Positions 11,922 through 24,590 of a DNA stretch of 64,000 nt are shown one piece after another. The notes below the pieces were generated by a model. The model searched no databases and had not been told where the DNA came from. It was given only the letters and a program-made list of their open reading frames with translations. The translations under genes and the position numbers were made by a program. Position 1 is the first letter of the stretch. Every line of letters begins with the position of its first letter. Source of the DNA: Macrostomum lignano (taxonomy: Eukaryota); assembly GCA_002269645.1 (NCBI GenBank), contig NIVC01000989.1:186001-250000 (forward strand). The letters run 5' to 3'.

Positions 11922-12022
11922 GCTAATTAGTTAGGGATTTGGGAATATGCTAATTAGTTTGGGATTTAGAAATATGCTAATTAGCTAGGGATTTAGGAAT
12001 ATGCTAATTAGCTAGGGATTTA
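11922..12022. repeat. 27-bp tandem repeat (ATATGCTAATTAGYTAGGGATTTRGGA)
   Basis: About 4 units just after the TEX10 stop. Confidence 0.8.
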
Positions 12023-12344
12023 CGAAAATGCAAGCTAAGGATAAGGTCAGCTAAGGATATTAATTAGTTTTTTGCATTTTTATCAATTAGGTTCATCGGA
12101 CTAATGTACAGGCCTTGGCCTCCAGTTTAATAAAGATGTGCATGACCGTTTGCTGTCATTTGATTACATTTTCAAATAAATTTGTGGAAAATAATTTTTT
12201 ATAATCTTGTCGTATTCATTTTTCGTTAAACTTATTACAGTTAGCAGTTAGATTTTTAGACAAACAAATTTGAAAGGAAATTTTGAAAAGTAAATAATTT
12301 TTTATATCGTCTAGTTACCTACAAACTGTCAGTTGATCAGCAAA

Positions 12345-13075
12345 AACTGACTATCAGTGACATGTGACTGTCAGTGACATTTTACTTTCAGTGACATTTG
12401 ATTCTCCGTGACATTTGACTAGCCAGTGACACTTGACTGTCAGTTACATTTAACTGTCAGTAACATTTGACTGTCAGTGACATTTGACTAGTCAGTGGCA
12501 TTTGACTGTCAGTGACTTTTGACTGTCAGTAACATTTGACTAGCCAGTGACTTTTGACTGTCAGTGACATTTGACTAGCCAGTGACTTTTGACTGTCAGT
12601 GACATTTGACTAGCCAGAGACATTAGACTAGGCAAAGACATTTGACTAGCCAGTGACTTTTGACTGTCAGTGACATTTGACTAGCCAGAGACATTAGACT
12701 AGGCAAAGACATTTGACTAGCCAGTGACTTTTGACTGTCAGTAACATTTGACTAGCCAGAGACATTAGACTAGGCAAAGACATTTGACTAGCCAGTGACT
12801 TTTGACTGTCAGTGACATTTGACTAGCCAGAGACATTAGACTAGGCAAAGACATTTGACTAGCCAGTGACTTTTGACTGTCAGTGACATTTGACTAGCCA
12901 GTGACTTTTGACTGTCAGTGACATTTGACTAGCCAGAGACATTAGACTAGGCAAAGACATTTGACTAGCCAGTGACTTTTGACTGTCAGTAACATTTGAC
13001 TAGCCAGTGACTTTTGACTGTCAGTGACATTTGACTGTCAGTGACTTTTGACTAGCCAGTGACATTTGACTGTCA
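12345..13075. repeat. 17-bp minisatellite (GACTGTCAGTGACATTT / GACTAGCCAGTGACTTT)n
   Basis: Tandem units with higher-order alternation, ending ~55 bp before the XPNPEP3 acceptor-like site. Confidence 0.95.
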
Positions 13076-13135
13076 TTCAACGACATTCAACGAGTGACAT
13101 TTAGCGATTCCTTTGAACATTTTTGCAGCCTAAGA

Positions 13136-16100
13136 ATGCTTCGTAAATTTAGCGCCTGCCGTCGCTTCCTAAGCAGCAGCAGCAGCAGCAGCTCCTCTTA
13201 CACTGCATCAGCCTCGCCTGCTCAATCTTCATCAACCACGTCGTCGGCTTCTTCAACGCCGTCCCATCTGGACGGTCCGGAGCTGCTGTTGCCGCGGAGT
13301 GGTCACTTCTATTTGGATCCGTTCACGCCAGCTGACTATGCTGAGCGAAGGTGCGCGAAATGCTTTAGATATGGCTGGCCTGTGGCCTTGTTGACTGCTG
13401 CTTTTTGGACTTTGGATTCTGCTCTCTACAGCTGCCTGCTGGGTTGCCGCGCGCTCTCTCCCTCTCCCTGTCCCCATCTCTCTCTCACCCTCTCCCTGTC
13501 CCTATCTCTCTCTCACTCTCTTCATGTCCCTATCTCTCTCACCCTCTCCCTCACCCTGCTTCTATCTCTCTCACCCTCACCCTCTCCCTGTCCCTATCTC
13601 TCTCTCTCACCCTCTCCCTGTCCCTATCTCTCTCTCACTCTCTTCATGTCCCTATCTCTCTCACCCTCTCCTTCACCCTGTTTCTATCTCTCTCACCCTC
13701 ACCCTCTCCCTGTCCCTATCTCTCTCTCACCCTCTCCCTGTCCCTATCTCTCTCTCACCCTCTCCCTGTCCCTATCTCTCTCTCACCCTCTCCCTGTCCC
13801 TATCTCTCTCTCACCCTCTCCCTGTCCCTATCTCTCTCTCACCCTCTCCCTGTCCCTATCTCTCTCTCACCCTCTCCCTCTCCCTCTCCCCATCTCTCTC
13901 TCTCACCCTCTCCCTGTCCCTATCTCTCTCTCACCCTCTCCCTGTCCCTATCTCTCTCTCACCCTCTCCCTGTCCCTATCTCTCTCTCACCCTCTCCCTG
14001 TCCCTATCTCTCTCTCACCCTCTCCCTGTCCCTATCTCTCTCTCACCCTCTCCCTGTCCCTATCTCTCTCTCACCCTCTCCCTGTCCCTATCTCTCTCTC
14101 ACCCTCTCCCTGTCCCTATCTCTCTCTCACTCTCTTCATGTCCCTATCTCTCTCGCCCTCTCCCTCACCCTGCTTCTATCTCTCTCACCCTCACCCTCTC
14201 CCTGTCCCTATCTCTCTCACCCTCTCCCTCTCCCTGTCCCTATCTCTCTTACCCTCTCCCTCACCCTGCTTCTATCTCTCTCACCCTCACCCTCTCCCTG
14301 TCCCTATCTCTCTCACCCTCTCCCTCACCCTGTCCCATATCTTTTTCATCCGCTTTTTTTCACGCCCCCGTTAGAGATAAAGCGTCAGAACTGAAATGTT
14401 ATTTTCGATACATATCGGCGATCTGCACTCTTGTCTGTTGAAGTTATGGGGAAACTGACTGTTACACTTCACTAACAAATTGCTGCAACTGATTAGATGG
14501 CTAATGCCTGTCGGTAAGGAGGCATGCAGTTGGCCCGGACTCGTTTTATCTTCAGCTACAGCATTGAACACACTGATGGTGTTTTGGGAGATTGGCCAGT
14601 TAATTATGACTGGCATATCTAGTTAGGGAGGCCGAAGCCTAGCGGTCTAGCGCAGGCTCTGATGTGCCAGCGGCCCAGACTCGATTCCAAATGCAGTCAC
14701 ATTAACATTGGGGCTAAATTGGAATCTCGGCTTGGCTCTGCTCGTGCAATTAACGGCTTTGAGGGTCAGCTCCCAAGGCACAGTGAAGTATACATGCCTA
14801 ACGATAAATAAAGGGCCTGTGTGAGTGTGTGCCTGTGTCTCCCACCCTATCCCTCCGCGCGCTTGTGTGCCTGCTCAGGGGAGTCGGCGGAACGGGTAGT
14901 AATGCCTCTCGCCGGTTGTGTGACAATGCCGCTTCTTAAAGTGCGCCAGGGATACTGTTCTAATAAAAAACATATCTTTATACTAGCGTAGTATCTGCGA
15001 TCTAGTCAGTTGCAATACTGTACGCAGGCACTCACTCACACACTCTCTGTATCTTTCAACCCCTCTCCAGACGCCTCCTATTCGAAGAGTTCACCCGCCG
15101 ACTGTCAACCGACAAGCAGTTCGCGGATTTTGACCGTCACATACTACTGGTACCGTCGGCTCAGCAGCAGTTCATGGCGCATCACGTGCCCTACACTATG
15201 CGGCAGAATTCGTATTTCCGCTACCTGACCGGGCACCTGGGCGCCGATGCCATGCTGGTGCTGGCTTGCAACGGTGGTTCGGGTGTTAGCGACTTTGACA
15301 CGGCGCGCCTGCTGGTGCATCGACAGTCGGAGACTGAGCGACTGTGGGACGGTGGTGAGCCGACGCCTGTTGAAGCTGCCCAACGGGCGGGCCTGCCAGA
15401 TCCGGCTAATTCTGGATTGTACACCGAGGATGAGGAGGCGGCCAAGTTTTTGGCTGACCAGATGACTAGCGCTAAGGGAAAGTGAGTTCAGTGTATTCTC
15501 TTTTTGCTAAAGACGATATTTTCTATTGGGCAACGTCTGAAGTCTTTGTTTTAGTCTATACTTGGTCTTTGGTCTTTGGTTTAATTAAAACTTGAGTCTT
15601 TGTTTTAGTTCAAACTTGAGTCTTTGTTTCAGTTGGGATTTGAGTCTTTGTTTCAGTTGAGACTTGAGTCTTTGTTTTAGTTGAGGCTCGAGTTTTTGTT
15701 TTTGTTAAGACTTAAGTCTGTTTTAATTAAGATTTGAGTCTTTGGTTTAGTTTAGACTTAAGTCTGTTTTAATTAAGATTTGAGTCTTTGGTTTAGTTTA
15801 GACTTAAGTCTGTTTTAATTAAGATTTGAGTCTTTGGTTTAGTTTAGACTTAAGTCTGTTTTAATTAAGATTTGAGTCTTTGGTTTAGTTTAGACTTAAG
15901 TCTGTTTTAATTAAGATTTGAGTCTTTGGTTTAGTTTAGACCTAAGTCTTTGTGTGGGACTTGAGTCTTTGTTTTAGTCTATGCTTGAGTCTTTGTTTTA
16001 GTTTAGACTTAGTCTTTGTTTCGGTGAGACTTAAGTCTTTGTTTCGGTGAGACTTAAGTCTTTGTTTCAGTTGATTATTAAGTCCTTGTTTAAGTTTAGA

Positions 16101-19100
16101 CGTGATTCTTTCTTTTAGTTAACACTTGAGTCTTTGTTTCAGTTGAGGCTCGAGTCTTTGTTTTTGTTAAAACTTAAGTCTGTTTTAATTAAGGTTTGAG
16201 TCTTTGTTTAAGTTAAGGCCTACTTTAAAAAGCTATCAGTATTGATTTTTGTGCTCCAGTTCAGTCTTTATGTCTGGAATTATTTATATGTAATCATTAA
16301 GCTGATTGGATATTTCAATACTTCTATTAATTGTCAAATTTGATTGCGTTAATCTATAAACATGGAGTCTGCAGACTTCTGAAACTTCTGTTGGTCAGAG
16401 AGGCTCAGCAGTGTTAAGGGTAGGGTATAAAGATGTTGAGCGTTTTATTTAATTATGAATTTTTGACTGATGCCAGCTGGCTATCCTAAATTTAAATCCC
16501 TCGGGAGACGCATCCGGTTCTGACGCTTAAAAATGACCCAGTTCTTAGTAATGTGGCTGGTGAGTAGTATTTTAATGTTATTACTGGTATCGGATAAGGT
16601 CGGGAAAACTATAAATAGCAACCTTATCTTACTATCAGTGTCTGGATGAAATTGGATTCAAATGCTACCATTCTGCTCTATAATATCTCATAATCCAGAA
16701 TACTAAAGGTGGTGCGTTGTTTGTAGTAAAATAAAAGTCAATACCGCAAGGTTGAAATTTGAAAATTGAAAGTTAAAAATCATCATTTAATTTCGGCGAT
16801 AGGGAAAATCAAAATTGTGAAAGTTGAGTAATCAGTATAATATTGTCTAAAAGTTTATAGACTGTAAAATGCAGGGAGTGAGATTCAGGGAGACAGGTAG
16901 TGAGATGCAGGGAGACAGGGAGTGAGAGTCAGGGAGACAGGTAGTGAGATGCAGGGAGACAGGTAGTGAGATGAAAGGAGACGGAAATTAGGATGTAGGA
17001 GACAGGGAGTGAGATGCAGGGATACAGGTAGTTGGATGCAAGGAGACGGAAATTAGGATGTAGGGAGACAGAGAGTGAGATGCAAGGAGACAAGGAGTGA
17101 GATGCAAGGAGACAAGGAGTGAGATGCAAGGAGACAAGGAGTGAGATTTAGGGACACAGAGTGAGATGCAAGAAGGCAGGAATTAAGATGCAGGGAGTCA
17201 GGGGTTAGATCTATATACTAAAAATGGTCTGCCGGTAGGTATCTATCTAGGTAGATATGTGATCGATTTTAGCAAAAATTAAATCTGTATTTCCATGTAG
17301 AGATCATATGGAGTTCAAATAAAGATCATCTGATGCTATTGAATGTGAAGTTTCCATTTATAACCGCTTTCACATAGTTTAAGATCATATCTTCACCCGC
17401 ATACTGTAGACTATTGTATCTTTTTCCTTATCATTTTGAAATGCATTAGTTACCCGGCATCTCATTTCATTTATTGGCCAAAAAATCTGACCAATTTTTT
17501 TGCTATTTTACTAGAGACTCACCTCGAAACCTAAAATCTTCAACTAGTCTGTTGGTTTTCTAGCGAACTGCTGCTTGTTTTAGCGAGGGAATTTCACATT
17601 TCCTATTTCTATGCATGTAGGAGGAGACAATTGATTTATAGCGGTGTAGTTAAGTGCTGCCATGGCAACGGATTTATAAATCCCCTATGCGTGATTGGAA
17701 TATCTGTTTGTTTTTAATGCAATTTTGCTTGAAATGATTTTTTGTTAATATCAGCTATTTTATTCAAAGCGTTGCTTGATTTGAATATAAATAACTGAGG
17801 AGGCGGATAGGATGGGGTAGAGATATAATACGATATTGGGATAGGAAGATCTGGAAAAGAGAGATTCAGGGATACAGGGAGAAGAGATGTAGGCAGATAG
17901 GAAGTAGAGATGTAGGGAAGTGGGGAGAAGAGATGTGGGGATAGATGGAGAACAGATTCAGGGATAGAGGGAGTAGAGATGTAGGGAGATTTTTTTGAGA
18001 AAAGATTAAGCATAGAGGGAGTAGAGATGTAGGGAGATGTGGAGTAGAGATATAGGGAGACGGGAGTAGAGATATAGGGAGACGGGTGTAGAGATATAGG
18101 GAGACGGGGAGTAGAGATATAGGGATACGGGGAGTAGAGATATAGGGATACGGTGAGTAGAGATATAGGGAGACGGGGAGTAGAGATATAGGGAGACGGG
18201 GAGTAGAGATATAGGGAGACGGGGAGTAGAGATAAAGGGATACGGGGAGTAGAGATATAGGGATACGGGGAGTAGAGATATAGGGATACGGGGAGTAGAG
18301 ATATAGGGATACGGGGAGTAGAGATATAGGGATACGGGGAGTAGAGATATAGGGAGACGGGGAGTAGGGGTGCATTGAAACGGGGAGTAGAGGTGCATTG
18401 AGACGGGGAGTAGAGGTGCATTGAGACGGGGAGTAGAGGTGCATTGAGACGGGGAGTAGGGGTGCATTGAAACGGGGAGTAGAGGTGCATTGAGACGGGG
18501 AGTAGAGGTGCATTGAGACGGGGAGTAGAGGTGCATTGAGACGGGGAGTAGAGGTGCATTGAGACGGGGAGTAGAGGTGCAGGGAGACGGGGAGTAGAGG
18601 TGCATTGAGACGGGGAGTAGAGGTGCAGGGAGACGGGGAGTAGAGGTGCATTGAGACGGGGAGTAGAGGTTCAGGGAGACGGGGAGTAGAGGTGCATTGA
18701 GACGGCGAAGGGTAGCAGAGGTGCAGGGAGACGGGGAGTAGAGGTGCATTGAGACAGGGAGTAGAGATGCAGGGAGACGGGAGTAGAGATTTAGGAGTTG
18801 GGAAGCGGAGAGGTAAGAAGATGGGCAGCGGAGATACAGAGTCGTATGAAACGACTCAATGATAACATCTCATACAAATTAGAAATACGAGACTTAAACT
18901 CAGACATACATCGCCGCCCTCACCCCAGGTTAGCTCTATGGTACAACTACAAAGAGCCAGCCAATGGCAATCTGGATCGCAGTCTGGTTTTAGCAGCTGT
19001 GAAACAGCGCGGCCCGCAGGCAGTGGCCAACATTGAGCCCGTGTTGGACCGAGTTCGATGGCGTAAGTCAGCCAAAGAGTTAGCTGTCATGCGTCGAGCG

Positions 19101-22100
19101 GCTCTAATCGGTTCTGAGGCGATGAACTCGGCTATGAGAGCGACTAAGCCGGATATTAATGAGGCTGCCGTGTGGGCCGTGTTGGACTTTGAATGTCGAA
19201 GGCTGGGAGCGGATCGGTTGGCCTATCCGCCTGTGATTGGTGAGTTAGTTTCGGGACATTTATGGCTGCCAAATAGTAGTGATAGATGTAGGGATTACTA
19301 TAGGTTAGATGCAGGGATTATTGTAGGTTAGATGTAGGGATATTGTAGGTTAGATGTAGGGATATTGTAGGTTAGATGTAGGGATATTGTAGGTTAGATG
19401 TAGGGATATTGTAGGTTAGATGTAGGGATATCGTAGTTTAGATGTATTGATTACTGTAGGGATGGATGTGGAGATTACTGTAGGGTAGATCTAGGGATTA
19501 CTGTAGGGTAGATCTAGGGATACTTTAGTGATAGATGTAGGGATACTCTATGGATAGATGTAGGGATACTCAAGTGATAGATGTAGGGATACTCAAGTGA
19601 TAGATATAGGGATACTCAAGTGATAGATGTAGGGATACTCAAGTGATAGATATAGGGATACTCAAGTGATAGATGTAGGGATACTCAAGTGATAGATATA
19701 GGGATACTCAAGTGATAGATGTAGGGATACTCAAGTGATAGATATAGGGATACTCAAGTGATAGATGTAGGGATACTCAAGTGATAGATGTAGGGATACT
19801 CAAGTGATAGATGTAGGGATACTCAAGTGATAGATATAGGGATACTCAAGTGATAGATGTAGGGATACTCAAGTGATAGATATAGGGATACTCAAGTGAT
19901 AGATGTAGGGATACTCAAGTGATAGATGTAGGGATACTCAAGTGATAGATATAGGGATACTCAAGTGATAGATGTAGGGATACTCAAGTGATAGATGTAG
20001 GGATACTCAAGTGATAGATATAGGGATACTCAAGTGATAGATATAGGGATACTCAAGTGATAGATGTAGGGATACTCAAGTGATAGATGTAGGGATACTC
20101 AAGTGATAGATATAGGGATACTCAAGTGATAGATGTAGGGATACTCAAGTGATAGATGTAGGGATACTCAAGTGATAGATATAGGGATACTCAAGTGATA
20201 GATGTAGGGATACTCAAGTGATAGATATAGGGATACTCAAGTGATAGATATACGGATACTCAAGTGATAGATGTAGGGATACTCAAGTGATAGATGTAGG
20301 GATACTCAAGTGATAGATGTAGGGATACTCAAGTGATAGATGTAGGGATACTCAAGTGATAGATATACGGATACTCAAGTGATAGATGTAGGGATACTCA
20401 AGTGATAGATGTAGGGATACTCAAGTGATAGATGTAGGGATACTCAAGTGATAGATGTAGGGATACTCAAGTGATAGATATGGAGACAGGATTTACAGAT
20501 GCAATGAGTCATACTTGACATTTACTAATGCATCACATAGAAGTGATTTTATTCCGTATGGCTATGCAAAAAATTCAAAAGTTCTCTCTGTCTCCGTCTC
20601 TCTCATCCCCAATCAACTTTTCGATGCATCTGCTCTCAGAAAGTCGGGAGTCGGTCAGAGATCAAAGCAAAGCCGAATCCGATTTTAAATCAAATAAATT
20701 CTGCATCAGCTGGGAAAAAACCTAATCTATTCATTGAAGCCCAGCTTCACAGAGAGCGGTCGTGTTAAACTTTTTTCTAATTCTCACGCCCAGTTGTACC
20801 TTGATTATTGCTCATTACTCTCGCTTTACCCTTCTTGGTACTATAGCACTGCTGGGTCTACTCTGTCTGCATCTCTGTCTACTCTGTCTGTATCTCTGTT
20901 TACTCTGTCTGCATCTCTGTCTACTCTCTGTTTGCATCTCTGTCTACTCTCTGTCTGCATCTCTGTCTACTCTCTGTCTGCATCTCTGTCTACTCTCTGT
21001 CTGCATCTCTGTCTACTCTCTGTCTGCATCTCTGTCTACTCTCTGTCTGCATCTCTGTCTACTCTCTGTCTGCATCTCTGTCTACTCTCTGTCTGCATCT
21101 CTGTCTACTCTCTGTCTGCATCTCTGTCTACTCTCTGTCTGCATCCCTGTCTACTCTCTGTCTGCATCTCTGTCTACTCTCTGTCTGCATCTCTGTCTAC
21201 TCTCTGTCTGCATCTCTGTCTACTCTCTGTCTGCATCCCTGTCTACTCTCTGTCTGCATCTCTGTCTACTCTGTCTGCATCTCTGTCTACTCTGTCTGTA
21301 TCTCTGTTTACTCTGTCTGCATCTTTGTCTACTCTCTGTTTGCATCTCTGTCTACTCTCTGTCTGCATCTCTGTCTACTCTCTGTCTGCATCTCTGTCTA
21401 CTCTCTGTCTGCATCTCTGTCTACTCTCTGTCTGCATCTCTGTCTACTCTCTGTCTGCATCTCTGTCTACTCTCTGTCTGCATCTCTGTCTACTCTCTGT
21501 CTGCATCTCTGTCTACTCTCTGTCTGCATCTCTGTCTACTCTCTGTCTGCATCCCTGTCTACTCTCTGTCTGCATCTCTGTCTACTCTGTCTGCATCTCT
21601 GTCTACTCTGTCTGTATCTCTGTTTACTCTGTCTGCATCTTTGTCTACTCTCTGTTTGCATCTCTGTCTACTCTCTGTCTGCATCTCTGTCTACTCTCTG
21701 TCTGCATCTCTGTTTACTCTGTCTGCATATTTGTCTACTCTCTGTTTGCATCTCTGTCTACTCTCTGTCTGCATCTCTGTCTACTCTCTGTCTGCATCTC
21801 TGTCTACTCTCTGTCTGCATCCCTGTCTACTCTCTGTCTGCATCCCTGTCTACTCTCTGTCTGCATCTCTGTCTACTCTGTCTGCATCTCTGTCTACTCT
21901 GTCTGTATCTCTGTTTACTCTGTCTGCATCTTTGTCTACTCTCTGTTTGCATCTCTGTCTACTCTGTCTGCATCTCTGTCTACTCTGTCTGTATCTCTGT
22001 TTACTCTGTCTGCATCTTTGTCTACTCTCTGTTTGCATCTCTGTCTACTCTCTGTCTGCATCTCTGTCTACTCTCTGTCTGCATCTCTGTCTACTCTCTG

Positions 22101-24129
22101 TCTGCATCCCTGTCTACTCTCTGTCTGCATCCCTGTCTACTCTCTGTCTGCATCTCTGTCTACTCTGTCTGCATCTCTGTCTACTCTGTCTGTATCTCTG
22201 TTTACTCTGTCTGCATCTTTGTCTACTCTCTGTTTGCATCTCTGTCTACTCTCTGTCTGCATCTCTGTCTACTCTCTGTCTGCATCTCTGTCTACTCTCT
22301 GTCTGCATCTCTGTCTACTCTCTGTCTGCATCTCTGTCTACTCTCTGTCTGCATCTCTGTCTACTCTCTGTCTGCATCCCTGTCTACTCTCTGTCTGCAT
22401 CTCTGTCTACTCTGTCTGCATCTCTGTCTACTCTGTCTGCATCTTTGTCTACTCTCTGTCTGCATCTCTGTCTGCATCTCTGTCTATTCTCTGTCTGCAT
22501 CTCTGTCTACTCTCTGTCTGCATCTCTGTCTACTCTGTCTGCATCTCTGTCTACTCTGTCTGTATCTCTGTTTACTCTGTCTGCATCCCTGTCTACTCTC
22601 TATCTGCATATGTCCATCCCATTTCCCTGCCTCTCTCTACTCCCTCAAAATCGCCCTCGCTCCACCCTGCCTACTTCTAAAGAGTTTTTTCTCTCAAATA
22701 ATGATGAAGTCTGGCAGCTCATATTTCTTTTTATAAGGTTTTCAAATCTTGCAATCGTAACTCTACTCGTGTGCATTGTAGTTCTCAGCAACTTCTCAAA
22801 AGTCTTGTGAATATCATTTTTTCTCTGCCAGTCAAAATCAATTTCTCTAAATCCTTTGCAACACGGCATGATAGGAAATTAGTCTTGGCTTGAGTTTAGC
22901 AGCTAAAATGGCTTCTTATCTGTCTGTCTGTCTGCAGTTGCTGCGTGTGCACCTTAAATGCGTAGCTTGGATTTGAAATAATAAAACGACATTATCTGAC
23001 CTGAGATATCAAATTTTCTTTCATCTCTCCGTCTGTCTCTCATGGCTAAATGTACTTCTCTCTGTCTACTTCTCTATTGCCTACTTTTCTCCTCTATGTC
23101 TACTTCTCTCCTTTATGTCTACTCCTCTCATTCATGTGTACTTTCTCTCCTTAATGTCTACTTCTCTCCTCTATGTCTACTTCTCTCCTTTATATCTACT
23201 TCTCTCCTCTGTCTACTCTTCTCCTCTCTGTCTACTTCTCTCCTTTATGTCTACTTTCTCTCCTTTATTTCTAATTTCTTTCCTCTCTGTCTACTTTTTT
23301 CTGTCTAATTTCTCTCCTCTCTGTCTACTTCTCTCCTCTGTCTAATTCTCTCCTACCTACTTTTCTTCTGTCTACTTGGCTTTTATCTGTCTACTTCTCC
23401 ACTATCTACTTATTTCTCCCTTCTGAACGAGAGACTATATCCATCTCCTATAATGCTCATTTTTCCACTATTCCCTCGTGCTCTCCAGGCGGCGGCCAGC
23501 GCTCCACGGTGATTCACTACATGAAGAACAACCGGCCGGTGCAGCCGCCCGACCTCATCCTTGCCGACTCCGGCGCTGATGTCCAAGGCTACGTTAGCGA
23601 CATCACTCGAACCTGGCCAGCCTCCCCGGACGGTTTCACGCCTCATCAGCTAGTTGCCTACGAGATTGTCCGTCAGCTACTGATTGACTGTCGGGATCAT
23701 TGTCGGATCGGAGTGTCGCTTGACGATGTCCACCTGTACATGGGCCAGAAACTGCGGGCTCGCCTCATTGAAGCCTCGATGCTCACGGAGGCCGGGGCCA
23801 GCCTGAGCTCTCACGCGCTGTGCCACGCCCTCTGTCCTCATCACGTGTCTCACTATCTCGGCATGGACGTCCACGATACGCCCAGCGTGTCCAGGTCCGA
23901 GCCTCTGCAGTGTGGCGTGGTGTTTCCCCTGGAGCCGGGGCTCTACCTGTCCCCTGACTGTCAGCTGGTGCATCAGGAGTTCCGCGGACTTGGCGGTGTT
24001 CGACTTGAAGACGATTTCGCTATTGGAGACACTGGCGAGCTGGAACTGCTGACTGGATCGGCTGCGCTGGACCCTGAGACTGTTCAGCGGCTGGCTGGTG
24101 ACGCTGAGACCTACTCTGCCAGCATCTGA
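13136..24129 (+). CDS. XPNPEP3: Xaa-Pro aminopeptidase 3 (mitochondrial Icp55-type, peptidase M24B), 525 aa
   Basis: Exons 13136-13350, 15071-15481, 18929-19239, 23489-24129, phases 2,2,1, total 1578 nt. Motifs RQNSYFRYLTG, LAYPPVIGGGQRSTVIHY, ADSG...YVSDITRTWP, HHVSHYLGMDVHD, LEPGLY and GVRLEDD (all metal ligands present). The Arg/Ser-rich N-terminus is presequence-like. Confidence 0.93.
13454..14335. repeat. 28-bp pyrimidine-rich minisatellite (CCCTCTCCCTGTCCCTATCTCTCTCTCA)n
   Basis: In XPNPEP3 intron 1. Confidence 0.95.
14626..14970 (+). mobile_element. tRNA-derived SINE, family A
   Basis: Reverse-complement homologue of 41-402. Head GGGAGGCCGAAGCCTAGCGGTCTAGCGC...GACTCGATTCC, tail TAATAAAAAA. 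Confidence 0.8.
15550..16220. repeat. AT-rich 23/46-bp minisatellite (TTAAGTCTGTTTTAATTAAGATTTGAGTCTTTGGTTTAGTTTAGAC)n
   Basis: Homogeneous 46-bp core at ~15697-15940 with degenerate flanks; XPNPEP3 intron 2. Confidence 0.9.
16870..17200. repeat. 21-bp purine-rich repeat (GAGTGAGATGCAGGGAGACAG)n
   Basis: Tandem units in XPNPEP3 intron 2. Confidence 0.9.
17810..18835. repeat. 23-bp minisatellite with two sub-domains (GGGGAGTAGAGATATAGGGAKAC, then GGGGAGTAGAGGTGCATTGAGAC)
   Basis: Abrupt unit switch at ~18365; XPNPEP3 intron 2. Confidence 0.95.
19290..20482. repeat. 22-23-bp minisatellite (GATAGATGTAGGGATACTCAAGT)n
   Basis: About 40 homogeneous units from ~19550, starting shortly after the donor at 19240. 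Confidence 0.97.
20858..22612. repeat. 23/25-bp minisatellite (CTCTGTCTGCATCTCTGTCTACT[CT])n
   Basis: XPNPEP3 intron 3. A short copy lies at 25225-25460. Confidence 0.97.
23050..23412. repeat. degenerate ~20-bp pyrimidine repeat (TCTACTTCTCTCCTCT...)
   Basis: Upstream of the XPNPEP3 exon 4 acceptor. Confidence 0.8.
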
Positions 24130-24177
24130 TTAGGGGTGCCGTTAAGATTTTGTTTGGGGATATTCGTGGCGCTTATC

Positions 24178-24590
24178 TCCCTCACTAATCCCCTTTTTAG
24201 ATCCCCCCTCTAATCCCCTTCTCAGATCCCTGTCTAATCCCTTTCTCAGATCCCCGTCTCTAATCCCCTTTCTCAGATCCCTCTCTCTAATCCCCTTTCT
24301 CTTATCCCTCTCTCTAATCCCCTTTCTCAGATCCCTCTCTCTAATCCCCTGTCTCAGATCCCTGTCTCTATTCCCCTTTCTCTTATCCCTCTCTCTAATC
24401 CCCTTTCTCAGATCCCTCTCTCTAATCCCCTGTCTCAGATCCCTGTCTCTATTCCCCTTTCTCAGATCACTCTCTCTAATCCCCTTTCTCAGATCCCTCT
24501 CTCTAATCCCCTTTCTCAGATCCCTCTCTCTAATCCCCTTTCTCAGATCCCTGTCTCTATTCCCCTTTCTCTTATCCCTCTCCCTCTCCT
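24178..24590. repeat. 27-bp repeat (CTAATCCCCTTTCTCAGATCCCTCTCT)n
   Basis: Begins ~50 bp after the XPNPEP3 stop. Confidence 0.9.

Noticed and set aside
11922-12022. TTAGGG-containing units suggesting interstitial telomere
   Set aside because: There are only isolated TTAGGG-like hexamers within a 27-bp unit and no (TTAGGG)n run.
13253-14441. Overlapping 300-426-aa LSLS/PCPY ORFs
   Set aside because: They come from the intronic 28-bp array. Only 13136-13350 is coding.
19545-20482. CRISPR-like regularity of 23-bp units (also the 28-32-bp arrays elsewhere)
   Set aside because: The units are contiguous with no unique spacers, there are no cas genes, and the context is eukaryotic.
17714-22810. 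ORFs of 247-682 aa in several frames
   Set aside because: They are open in multiple frames on low-complexity arrays within XPNPEP3 introns.
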